A program made the translations under genes and the position numbers. Below, in pieces: positions 37,840 through 50,010 of a stretch of 64,000 nt of DNA. The DNA is taken from NCBI RefSeq assembly GCF_036321535.1, contig NC_087437.1:71860001-71924000 (forward strand), written 5' to 3'. Under the pieces are notes generated by a model. That model saw only the letters and a list, made by a program, of their open reading frames with translations, made no database searches and was not told where the DNA came from. Source of the stretch: Camelus dromedarius. Lineage: Eukaryota. Numbering within the stretch: the stretch's first letter is position 1; each line of letters begins with the position of its first letter.

Positions 37840-39870
37840 AAACCTCTGGGTCAAGGTGGTTGATCGAGCACACACATTTATGGGTTCCTTCCCCAAAATA
37901 TATTAAATAATACTAAAAAAATAATAAAAAGTTACCAACCCTCTTTAACCAAGATGGAAAAGGGCATGAAAGGCTTCAACATACTAGTGGAAGAATACAA
38001 GTAAATGAAAGAGTAGAGAGTGATGGAGAGTGTGGAGGAGACAGGGTGGCGGTGGGTGGTGTACCTACAGAGATCACTGCAGCTCAGGAGGAAGCGGTCA
38101 GTCCTGCAGCGCCCTGGAGAAGCCCGAGACCTCAAGAGAGAGCCGGGGCCTAAATACAGGGAGAAAAGGCAAGACTCTGTATGTGTAACAGTCAGCTTTC
38201 AATAACTACCCCCCAACTGTGTGCAAAAGTGCCAGGTAGCCAGGTATGTACCTACAAATGGGAGAAGGAAAGGGGTCCACTCTAAAGAAACAGAACAAAC
38301 TTTTGTGGAAAGCTAAGGGAACTACAGTGGAAGTTGGCACCTATGGCCTTTAGGTCTCTCAAGGCAAATGGACTGTCTACTGTCCCCTCACCCCCGGAGG
38401 AAATACTTCCTTTTGATCTGCTTCACCTGTGTACACAAAGCTTAAATTCTATCTGCCTGTTGCCTTATATTTGAATATGAATGAGAAACCAAAGATCTTA
38501 TAAAGGAGAAACATGAAAAGAAACCAATATGAAAAGACTAGAAGTAGGAGAAAATTCAGAGAATCAAGACAGAACTGTAGAGAGAACCTACGTCTTGTTT
38601 TATGAATGATTTCACAAATATCTCTGAGAATACAATGATTTGTAATTGCTTAAGCAAACAAGAACAGGATGCTACTTAAAAACTCTTAAAACCCTGTCTG
38701 CCTAAAAAATAAAACATTAGTGACTTTCCCTTCTGATTTGGGAAATAAAATGTAAAGGCATTTTCCCAGAAAGTAAAATTTAAAACACAAACGTATATAA
38801 AGATAAAAGATAAGAGACAGAAAATACCACCCCAATTGTTCTTATATCTGAATAGAAATATCAAGGTAAGAAACAGAGAAATAAAAGAAACAAGAGAATT
38901 TCACAGAACTGAAGGACATGAGTTCTCATATTTAAAGGTCCCACTGAGTACCAAGCTTGGAGAAGGAAAAGATGCTCATCCAGACACCTAGTTGTGAAAA
39001 TTTAGAATATCAAGGTGGCACAGAAGATCCAAAGGCTTCCAAGAAACGAAAACTGAACACTTAAAAAAACTGCAAATGAGACCAGAGTCAGCATCAGATA
39101 ACTCAACAGAAATAATTGAACAATTGAGCAATGTCTTCAGATTGTGAGAAAAATTATTTTCCTGACTCTATACCTTGTCAAACCATCTCATTTGAGGATA
39201 TACAGAACGAGAGAGAGAGAAGTGGGAGAGAAGAATGGAGGATAAAAGGGAGTGAGGGAGGGAGGAAGGGAGAGAGAGAAATATATGGTAACCAGAAAAC
39301 AATGGATCCAAATGCCATCCGCACAGTCCCAGAACAACAGCCGTGCAGCAGATTAAAGAAGCAGAGCAGGAAGGCTGAAGGGGCTAGAAGAAAACTATTC
39401 CAGAAGAACAAGTGGATGGTATCAAAACAAGGAGTTTTGTTAAATGCAAATAAAAAAGGGAGCAGGGAAATATCCCACAAAGGCTATTAGAAACTCCAGG
39501 AAAAATCAAACACTAAAAAAAGTAAAGAAATAATCACTGTGAGCCACTTGGTATTATAATGAATAATTATTACATAGCCATAATAATGTTAACATGGTTT
39601 CTTGACTTCGAACTTTTAGGGTTAATCTACAGATGAAGAATGGAAGAATTCATTGCCGTTGAAGAACAGAATGTAAATATTACCAACCCTGGCAACCTAA
39701 AAGTACAAAGGATAGAAGCTCGAAGATGGAAAAAGGTAAGGGTGTTAATACCCTTATTTTCAAAGTCAGGAGTCAAATATAGTCTGCAGGTGACAGAGCT
39801 ATGCATCGAAGTGTAATTTAAATTCATAATGGAAATAAACAGAGGGACTGAGAATAGTAGTAGTGGGTTA
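37840..39870 (+). mobile_element. Ancient HAL1/L1 ORF1-type remnant
   Basis: A-rich 2 kb with degraded ORF1 signatures (aagagaatttcacagaactgaaggacatgag, cagacacctagttgtgaaaatttagaata, gagcaatgtcttcaga, ctataccttgtcaaaccatc). Confidence 0.55.
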
Positions 39871-40019
39871 CACATCTCATGACTCAGTGTGTTCTAGATC
39901 TGAAAATAGGCTCAGGTCTGGGAACTGAGCAAGAGATCATGACTTTTTATTAGGATGACTGCCCTCAGCCTCCTGCTCCTCCATCCTTGACTTTATTTGA
40001 TTGCAGATGTTAAACAGCA

Positions 40020-40806
40020 TCCTTGTTGGCTGACCATCTATTTGTCTTGTTCATCCTTTATTAATTCCAGCAACTCCCCAATCCACTTATGCTAGTTTAA
40101 CCCTAGTTATTAGCCTAAATTCAGGAGAGGAATTGGGGGCAGTTCTTGGGGGGGTGTGGCCTCTGGGGGAGGGACCTCTGCAGCATCTTCCAGCACAGGG
40201 ACTAATGAGGAGGAAGCCACCTCTGCAAACTCTGAAAGTTTAAAGAAGCGGTACTTGTAGAATAAAATCTTCAGGGGCGTCTGTCCTATTGATTCCTTGC
40301 TGATTCAAGGTACTAGTATTTTCCAACGAGGCCCTTGATTTTAGCATTGCAGACCTGCCTTGCTGAGCACTCAAATGTCTCTGGAGCTCTGCAACTTTAA
40401 CTATGAGATTTATTTTTTGCTCTTAGATGCATCTTTGTAAGCTACCAAAGAAGCCTTCTGGCTCTCACATTTAGTCCTTAGCTGCTTACAAATGGCCTTG
40501 TTTCTCATCATCCCTCTGCAGGGGATCAATACATCTCAGCATTATATAAGACTCCACTCTCTTCGTAGGCACTGTTTCCCTCATGGTTTTTCAAATTCTT
40601 GGCTCATTGTACCTACCATGGCATTGCCCTCCATGGAGACATTTTCACCTCCTATGAAATCTTCAGGGATAGGACCACTACCGTGTGACCATCTGTGCCA
40701 CACAATGTCACTTATAATGGTATCCTCCTGGCCCACTGTTCATCAAAGGAGTCAGCCTCAGAAATCTATTACTGCCCCTAGTATTGGACCGTTCCTGGCA
40801 CCACTG
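40020..40806 (-). mobile_element. ERVL/MaLR internal (gag-like) remnant
   Basis: Minus strand begins tggtgccagg and contains aaatgtgagagccagaaggcttctttggtagc and gttgcagagctccagagac, typical of class III ERV internal sequence; no flanking LTR recognised. Confidence 0.6.
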
Positions 40807-42052
40807 TGTTACTTTAGGTCCCCGTTTTACAAATCATGACACTGAGACTTAGGATTAAGTCTTAGGTTAAGGATTTTGCTAAAGACCACACAGCACAGGA
40901 TTTGAACCCACGTCTGGGTTTGTGCTCTTTCCATAAACAAATGGGGAAGAGGTGACTGATGGATGAAGGCCCCGTGAGGGTGAGCCATCTCCTGATCCTT
41001 GGCCTGTAGGCCAGCCTAAACAATGCCTTGGCCCAACGGAGTTCCCAAGGATGGAAGGGGCCAGTGTTAGTCATTGTTTAACTGTATTATACATATTTAG
41101 CCTTTAAAATCTTTTCTGAGAAGTCATTTCTTTCCACTCCCTTAATTATCCTTGAGTATCTTCCTGTAATAAAAATACACGGAGGAAGATGCCTGTGGCT
41201 GAAAGCTGAGGCCTGTCTGGGGCGGGACTGGAAGCTGGACAAAGTCAGCAGCCTGTTTTCCGCGGAGGTGGACGGAGCGCGTACTGTCCGCCCTGTGCAG
41301 ACGCCCTGCCCCGGACCCGCCCAGAGGCAGCCGGCGACTCCCTCTGTTTATCCTCACAGCCTGAAAAGCACTCTTTGCCGACAAGCGTAATCTTTCTTGA
41401 TAAACACATTAACTTTCTGTCTTAGCTCAGTGGAGTCGATCCCTGGATACAAGCTCTAATAATATTTTCTTTCTCTATGGTGACTTCTTCTGGGTTGGCT
41501 TAGACAGTAGAGGAGAGAGCGGTGACCAGCGTCCACAAGAACAGCAGTCTTCGGCCTCAACGTGAATGGGCTCACAATGTGCTTTTCTGCTGCCACCGAT
41601 GGGCAGGTGACCACTGAGCAGGCCAGGGTGATGACTGAAGAAGCTGTGCAAAGGGAGAGTGAGGAGCAGAGGAGCAGAGTCTCGGGGCCAGGAAGGTCCT
41701 GGGCAAGGTGTGGGGAGCTTGACCAAGATCACCCCTGCTCAGCTCATCTTACTGTAAACTGCTTGAGTCCAGCATCTCTGAGCCTGAGGTTGACAGTACA
41801 AGATCGTATCCACCCCGCAGGGAGTAAATAATAACAAGCAGATTAAGTACTCAGCAAGTGCCTGGCAAGCACTGAATGCAAGTCAGCTATTTATTAAGAA
41901 CCTAGTGTACCTAGTCTCCGAGGATGAATTTATGCTGACAGAACTTGTGAAACAAAAGAGCTTTGAATCCATGTATAGTTAGATCCATCCATCTTTCCCT
42001 TTCTTTTTTGTTTCTCCTCCCCTATGATGTAAGTATATACCTCTATTTTCTT

Positions 42053-42293
42053 TTTTTTCCCTTTTTTAAACATTTTTTTATTGATTTATAATCATTTTAC
42101 AATGTTGTGTCAAATTCCAGTGTAAAGCACAATTTTTCAGTTATACATGAACATATATATATTCATTGTCACATTTTTTTCTCTGTGAGCTACCATAAGA
42201 TCTTGTGTATATTTTCCTGTGCTATACAGTATAGTCTTGTTTATCTATTCTACAGTTTTGAAATCCCAGTCTATCTCTTCCCAACCCCTGCCC
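42053..42293 (-). mobile_element. Young 5'-truncated camelid-type LINE-1
   Basis: T-rich tail, L1 3'UTR, perfect 15-bp TSD TACCTCTATTTTCTT (42038-42052/42294-42308). Confidence 0.9.
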
Positions 42294-43464
42294 TACCTCT
42301 ATTTTCTTAGAGTTCTTTTATGGTTTACCTTTTTGTTTTTATGTTTACCTCCTTAATCTATCAGGAATGTGTATGGTATAAGGTAAGGAGATGATAATTT
42401 AATTTTTTTCCCAAATAAACACTTTCCCCAAAGCCATGTAATGATTTGAGATAATACCTCCCTCTTATACTGATGCTCCATGCATTTGGGTCTATATATT
42501 TTTGAAGCAACTTCTGCACTAACATTTCTCAATAATTTAAAGTTAACTGTTTCCCACATTAAGGATTTCTATTCAATAGTTCACATTTAAAATCCTGCTC
42601 AAATTATTACTGCCTCTGGAATGGACTCTATATTCTGCTGCTGAAAGAGTAACATAGACCAACTTTCTGGAGAGCAGTTTGATTTGAAAATGTTTATTCA
42701 CCAAAGTTGTTCCACTACTGGCAGTTTTTCCTCATGAAATATAAATTCGGGACAAACATTTATGTATATATGTATGTTTATATATTTATGTATAAAGCTG
42801 TCTGTGCTGCCATTACTTGTAATAGCAAAAAGTGGGAAATGGTATTTTTTGAAAGGTATTATATTACACTTACAGAATGGAATATTGTAGGTTATTAACA
42901 CTCATGTTTCTGAAAAAAATAACACAGGAAATACAATCTTATATTAAATGAAAATGCAGTATACAAAATTTTATGTATAATATTATCTCATTATGTTTTT
43001 TAAAATTAGCTTTAGTCACAGTGGTCTCCTTTCATTTTCTTGAACAAACTCTTTCCAGCCTCAGGGACTTTGCATATTCTGGTTCCTCTCCCTGGAAAAG
43101 TTTTCCACCTGTTCATTCTAAGGCTGGCTGTTTTTTACTCTTTAAGTCTTTGCATAAATGTATCTTTTTGGAGAAGCTTTCCCTAACTACTGTATTAAAA
43201 GGAGATCCAGCTTCCCTCCCCCATTAGTCTCCATGTTTAAGTATCTAATTATCCTTTCCACAGGGGTGAATTCTGCCTTCCCTTTTGGAAGGGTTGCTCC
43301 TAGACATCTAAGACCACATTTTCTCTATTTTCTCTCCAAAGCACCCATTCCTGTGGTCTGAGCACATTGAATAGGCACTGAATATTGTCCAACCTAGTTT
43401 TCCATTTCCCAAAAGTTTTAAATCACCTGATACATCCTTTAAATAATCCATATGTAAAAGCATC

Positions 43465-44782
43465 AAACTGAAACCTTATTTTACATGACTCACAAAAATT
43501 ACCTAGAAATGGATTAAAGACTGAAATGTAAGACCTGAAACCATAAAACTCCTAGAAGAAAACATAGGGAGAAGCCCCTTGACATTGGTCTTGGCAATGA
43601 TTTTTTTTGGAATGACACCAAAAGCACAAGCAACAAAAGCAAAAACAAACAAGTGAGACCACATTAAACTGAAACACTTCTGCACAGGAAAGAAAACTAT
43701 CAACAAAATGAAAAGGCAACCGACAGAATGGGAGAAAATATTTGCAAATAATATGTCTGATGAGGGATTAATAATCAAAATATATAAGGAATTCATACAA
43801 CACCATAGCAAAAAACCCAAATAAAAGGGACTTACAAACGGGCAAAAGACCTGAACAGACATTTTTCCAAAAATGATATACAGATGACTAACAGTACTCA
43901 ACATCACTAATCATCAGAAAAATGGAAATCAAAACCACAATGAATGAGCTATCACGTCACACCTGTTAGAATGGCTATTATCAAAAAGACAAGAGTTAAC
44001 AGATGCTGTGGAGGATGTAGAGAAAAGGGAACCCTTGTGCACTGTTGGTGGGAATGTAGCTTGGTTCAACCACTGTGGAAAATACTATGGAGGTTCCTCA
44101 AAAAGTTAAAAATAAACTACCATATGATCCAGGGACTCCACTTCTGGGTATGTACCCAAAGGAAATAAAATTACTTTCTCCAAGATACATCTCTGCACCT
44201 CCATGTTCGCAGCAGCACTATTCAGAATAGCCAAGACATGGAAAGTGGAAATAACCCAAGTGTCCATTGATAGAAGAATGAATAAAGAAAATGTGATATT
44301 ATTTAGCCATTTCTAGGAAGGAAATCTTGCCATTGGAGACAACATGGATGAGGCATTATGTTAAATGAAATAAGTCTGAGAGAGACATACTGTATGATCT
44401 CACTCACGTTGAATCTAAGAAAAAAAACCTGTACTCATAGAAAGAGTAGTTTGGTGGTTGTGGAGAAGGAACAATGTGAAGGTGGTCAAAGGGTACAAAC
44501 TTCCAGTTATTAGGTAAGTTCTGGGGATCTAATGTACAGTCACGGTGACTATAGTTAATTAAACAATACTATATTGTATACTTCAAAGTTGTTAAGAAAG
44601 TACATCTTAAAAGTTCTTGCCACACACAAAAAGTTCAACTGTGTGAGTTGGCGAATATGTTAACTAACCTTATTGTGGTAATCATTTCACAATATATATG
44701 TATATCAAACCATCACATTGTACACCTGAAAGTTACACGTTGTTATATGCTAATTGCATCTTAATAAAGCTGGGGAAAAAAT
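43465..44782 (+). mobile_element. LINE-1 (L1MA8/9-like) ORF2 C-terminus plus 3'UTR, decayed
   Basis: ORF 43944-44168 YHVTPVRMAIIKK..RCCGGCREKGTLVHCWWECSLVQPLWK is the L1 ORF2 cysteine-rich domain; stops and frameshifts; ends aataaagctggggaaaaaa; partial TSD aagcatc. Confidence 0.92.
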
Positions 44783-46635
44783 AAGCATCTCAGTGTACAG
44801 GCACTGTGATCAGGACGACCTGTGCAGAGGAGTAAGTTGCTGATGATCAAACTTAAGGCAAGCTGTAAAACATGAAACAGTGATGTAATTCTGGAGGGTG
44901 TATGTCAACAGCAGGGTGCCCTCTGCCACCTGTATGCCTTTCAAGTCACATCAGAAAGAGGAGGAGAGTCTGGAGAGAGTGAAGTGAGGCTGGGAATCAT
45001 AGTCAGATAGATGCAGCTTCTCTTCTAAGTAGACGAGGCCCTGGATAATTGGACCCAGGTGCCTGGGAGAGAGGCCGCAAAGCTTTCAAGGTGTAATCAA
45101 GCCTACTTAAGATTATAAACAGCATGTGTCCTTTGCTTGTCAGAGATCCCTGGGCCTCCACTCTGACGGGAATCTCCAGTTCCTCCCTTCAAACTAAATT
45201 TCTCTTTCCTCGCCTCCTCCTGCTGTTTCCCACAACCCAGTTCCCATGGCTTTTGTTCTTCCCACTCCTGAAGGGCTACTGCTTCAATCCCTTTCCCAAA
45301 CCCAGCATCAATCAGATGTCTCTCCAGCCCACGAAACCTGGTACCAAGGACTGCTGAGGTGGAGCTCCAAGCGGGCAAAGGGATGGAGTTGGCCTCCAGC
45401 AGCCCCAGTGCAACACAAAACCATGGTGATCACTACCCCAGTGAACTTCGCAGTGATCGGTGATCACCAAGCTCCCAGCACAATGCCTGCCCCACTGGAG
45501 TTCAAAAACCACACCAAGGACTCGTCACAGCCAAATCTGACAGTCACAAGGACATGCAGTTTTGACAGTTCTGCCCAACCTTGAGGACCCATGAAACACC
45601 AGTCTTTCATTTTCTTGAGGCTCAAATTTGAGTCTCCTCTTTGTGAGGCTAATCCGTGGGGACTCGTGATTGAGTCGAGTCGAGTCGACTGCTCAGCATC
45701 CAGATTTCTTATATCACGTGGGCAGGGATACAAGCTTTCCTTAGGGGAACAGAAGGGACCCCTAACATTTTCACTTAACACCCTACCATAACTTTGGGGG
45801 GAACTGACATGCTATGGAGGCAGGTAGAAAAGTGGAGATCCTCTTGATTTTTGTGGGTCTGTTATGGTCCTTATTTTCTAACTCTCCCCTAGGTTCAAAA
45901 ACAGAGCAAGAGAAACTCCATGTCCTCTCTGACAAGATTAATTTAGTGTTTTCAGGCTGTCAGAGGGTCAGTAAAGTTGCTTAGAGGAGTGTCCCATTTA
46001 TAGACCTGAGCCACAGAAGTGGGCAAGCCTGCAACATGCCCCCAACCTGTGTCCACAGGCTGCCTTTCCCTTCCCCGGAGGGAAGAAAACTCCTGTTGCA
46101 GGCTGCTCAGGGGTCAGCGGTCATCAGTCCAGGGCAGGCCTCCAAGGACCCTGCCTGCCTTCACGCCCACGTGTGGGTGGTTAACGCAGTGCCTCCTCCC
46201 CTGTGGAGAATTAATTGGAAATGTTACACTTCAAGAGGAAAAACAAGAGTAATGGAAAAGGCATCCGTGTGTGACCAAAGCCTTAACTGAAAACAGGCTT
46301 TCTCCTCTCTGGGTCTGGGAAAGTAGGGAGGAGCAGCAGCCAGGGAGAGAGCAAGTGCGCATCTGGGGACGGAGTGACGTGGTCTGTGTGTGTCGAGAGA
46401 CGGCATTCGAAGGGGTTGGGAGGTATGGGGGAGTTGAGGAGAGGGAAGGTTGGTGTGAAGAATGAGGAATGAAGCCTAGCTGTGGTGGGTGGTTTCTACT
46501 TTCTTTTGGGGTTGGGGGAGAGGGGAGTGATGGAAGTAGGATAAGCTAAGGTTCTAGCTGGTGGCGTCTTAGGAAACTGGGGCGTAAGTAATTCAACAAA
46601 TACATAGTCAGTGTTGCTTTAGGTATATCTGCTAT

Positions 46636-47147
46636 TGTAGTAGGGAAGAACAAGTCTGACTCCACACTAGCTCTGTTCCTTTAGCTCTAACTCTGTGCTC
46701 TATTTCCAGTGCTCAGTCATACTGGTTCTGTACTTTTTGTAAAAGAATGTGGCCTATAGCCTGAAATACATGAGGCAGCCTATTCTCAAGGCTCTGACCT
46801 TTAAGGATATTAACACCTTCCTATACATGTAAAGATAAAAAGTTATAGAATAGAAAATAACATTTGTCTTATGGGAGGTTTGCAGGGACACCATGACGTG
46901 GTCAGCTGCAAGAACAAAGGGTTCTGACACCAAGAAGTCTGCAACAACCAACCACACTCCCTCTCCTTTTTAGTATAAAAGGAGCCTGAATTTTGGCTTG
47001 GGTAAGATGATTTGCCAGGACTTTAGTCTGCCATCTTCCTGGTCTGCCAACTTTCTGAATAAAGTCGTTATTCCTTGCCCCAGCACCTCGTCTCCCAATT
47101 TATTGGCCTGTTGTGCAGTGAGCAGAACAGGTTTGGACTCGGTAACA
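46636..47147 (+). mobile_element. ERV1 solo LTR (family distinct from copies A-C)
   Basis: TGT...ACA termini; 4-bp TSD CTAT (46632-46635/47148-47151); TATAAAA 46974-46980; AATAAA 47058-47063. Confidence 0.9.
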
Positions 47148-49454
47148 CTATTCTCTTCTGAACTCTTACCTATCCAGACAAGCCCAGCCCTCCCTGGGCC
47201 TCCGCCCCAGCTTCTCCTGGCTGCCCTTCTCCTTGCCCCTGGTACGCTGCCCTTATTTTTATAGAGAACCATTTTTTTCCTCAAACCAAACCTATGGGGA
47301 CTGTAAAGTCCGAATACTGGAAACAGAGACTCTTGGCTTGGTATGTCTCTGGCCCCAGTCTGTTGTTTTCAAATGCATTAATTCATTCCATAAACTTTTA
47401 CTCAGCCCATTCGGGGCCAGACATGATGCCAAGCACTGGAAATAAAGACACAGTCACTTTCCTCTAGACTCATGAGAGACAAAGAAATGCGCAATTGGGA
47501 TACACGGTGATAAAATCGTGAGATCCCGGAAGATGGGCACCTAACTCAGTCTGAAGAGATGTGAAATCTTCTTGGAGATGACATCTGAACTGACTCTTGA
47601 ATGGTGAGTGGGGGCTGCATACACAAAAGAGGAAGAGGGCAGCTTGGAGAAGAAGACTGGGTTCCTCCGATTTGGGGGAACCCACGTCTGGTCATCGATG
47701 AGATATCACCAGTAACACCTACCCCACAGGAGGTTATGAAGATTATAAAACAACATAAATCACCAAGTGCTGTGGAAGGCCCAGCTTCTGGCTTCTCCGG
47801 CCCGGTGGCCTGCGGCTTGGGCTTTCTTTCTTCAGCCCCCTCCCGTGTGACCACAGTGCCAACTCCCAGCACTCAGCTGCTCAGCCTCTGAGATCTCAAA
47901 CCATGAAGGTCCTTGTGCCTCAAGCTGTCACCGTCCCCGCTCTCTCCCACTCCTGCCAGGGCTGGACTGCCTCTGTACCCACTTTGTGAACTTTAGTCCC
48001 TTGACATTCCCCACCTCAGTTCATCTGCCCCATGGCCTTGCTGGCCTTCTTCCCCATGTGAGATGCCACGCCCAGCAAATGAGTGACGTCTCTGGCCTCA
48101 TCATCACCACCCTTGCCTCTTGGCTCCCACCGTATGTACTCCTACCCTTGTTCAACCACGCTGTGCTCTTCAGGTCCTGCTCCTGTCATCGGTGCAGCCT
48201 GCAGAAAGCACGGGCTGCTTAGCTCCATCACACTGGGTGCTTGCCCATCACATGGGGCCCTTGCTACTTCTTTTAAATTTGTTCCCATGGAAATAAGTCA
48301 ATGCAGGCAAAGGGCCTAGCACTTAGCCTGAAACACAGTAAAAGACCAACGTGTTCACTTCCCTCTCCTCCTCACCTGATTCCTTATCACATTACTAGCA
48401 GTGCCGAAACCAAACCTTCTCCATTCCTCTCACATCTCTGATTTCTCCAGGCCTAAGCTTTTGCCATCTGGCACAATCTTGTTCCACTTCCTAATTCTCA
48501 GCATACATGTAGTGATTACGAGAACATGGCCTCAATCAGCTAACCTGGTCTAGTCATGTCTCTAAGCCTCAGTTTCCTCTTCTGTAAAATGGAAATTATA
48601 ATAGATATTATAAAAAGTACCAGTGCCATAGGGCTGTTCAGCAGATTAAATAAGATAATATGTGTTGAGTGCTTAGGACAGGATCTTTTACACAATGGAC
48701 TCTGTAAATGTTAGTTGGTATGATGGCGATGATAATTTTTGATGCCTTTTAAAGCTTTTTAATTTTCTCTGTTTCAGAGAAACAGAGCAGCCAAGAGTAG
48801 ACTTGCACTTCAGATTCTGTCCTCTCCCAGTTCTTAGAAGACCTTCCTCTACAATAAACGTCTCTTCTTCAAACTCTTCCTTTCCACTGTCTTCTACTTC
48901 TGAACCTACAATCATGTCAAGTCTTCCCCATCCTTAAAAAAAAAGTACATCTCAGCTGGGCTATCTCCTCCACTTTCTATATATGTTCCTCAAATCGCGG
49001 TCACACTTATCCAAATGGTATTTAGAATTACAATATTTCTCTCTACCCTCTCCACCAGTGCTCACGCATAAATACTCTGAAATATGGCTTCTACCCTCAG
49101 CAGTCAACAAAGCCCACATTAGCTTTCTTCAGGATCACCGACCTTTTCCGAACCTTCATCCTTCTCAAATTATCTGTGCAGCATCCTCTGATGCTGGTTA
49201 CCCCCGTCTATAAGAAACTCCCCTCTTTTGGCATGCTTGACTCTGTTTCTCCTGCTGTTCCTCCCTCCTCTTTGACTACTAATTTGTTTCCTTCTCTGGC
49301 TCCCCTTCCTTCTGTAAATACTTGAACATGCATGTCTAAGAATCAGACCTCAATCTTTTTTTTTTCTTGCTTTACATGGTCTCCTAGGAAAACTCATCTG
49401 CTTCCATGACTTTAAGTCACCTCCCTGATGATACTTTTCAAATCTTCATCTCAT

Positions 49455-50010
49455 TGGCACGACTTTGAAAAATACTTTGGTGTTATCTTGAAGAGCTGAC
49501 CATCTGTATGCTGTATGAGCCAGCAATTCCACTTATACTTGGGGATAAGGCCAAGAGTAATTCTTACAAAGCATGTACCAGGAGACTTGTGAAAAAATGT
49601 TCATAGCTCACTGTTCAGGATAGCAAGGAAACTAGAAACAACTCATATGCTTAACGACAACAGATAAGTAGTGTATTTTCACCCAGTGGAATATTATACA
49701 GTAGTGAAAATTAATTATGTTCAGCTTCACATAACATGTTTGAATCTCAGTGACACAATGCTGAATGACAAAAGTAAGTTCCAACAGACATTAGAGTATA
49801 ACCAGTTATAAAGTTCAAAAGAAAGCAACTTTTTAGACAGGAATATATAGAAACAGAAAACAAAGCAAAGGAATTTTAGCCACAGAAATCAGGATCATGG
49901 CTTCCTGAGGTGGTGGGATGGGATACGGATGAACACTTGGGTAGGTGTGGGTTATTGGTAATGGCTGCTTCTTGTGTCGGGCTAGAGGTTCATAGTGTTC
50001 ATCATACTAT
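49455..50010 (+). mobile_element. Old L1ME-like 3' remnant within L2-like sequence
   Basis: tatgagccagcaattccactt...atgtaccaggagacttgt...aatgttcatagc...tggaatattatacagtagtgaaaat. Confidence 0.65.

Noticed and set aside
43503..44168. ORFs of 134 aa (minus) and 74 aa (plus)
   Set aside because: Antisense and sense readings of a decayed L1 ORF2, not host genes
41512..45584. Possible plus-strand exon chain (about 41512-41607 joined to about 45316-45584, DVSPAHETWYQGLLRW...)
   Set aside because: Phases can be made compatible, but splice signals are weak, there is no start exon and I recognise no homologue
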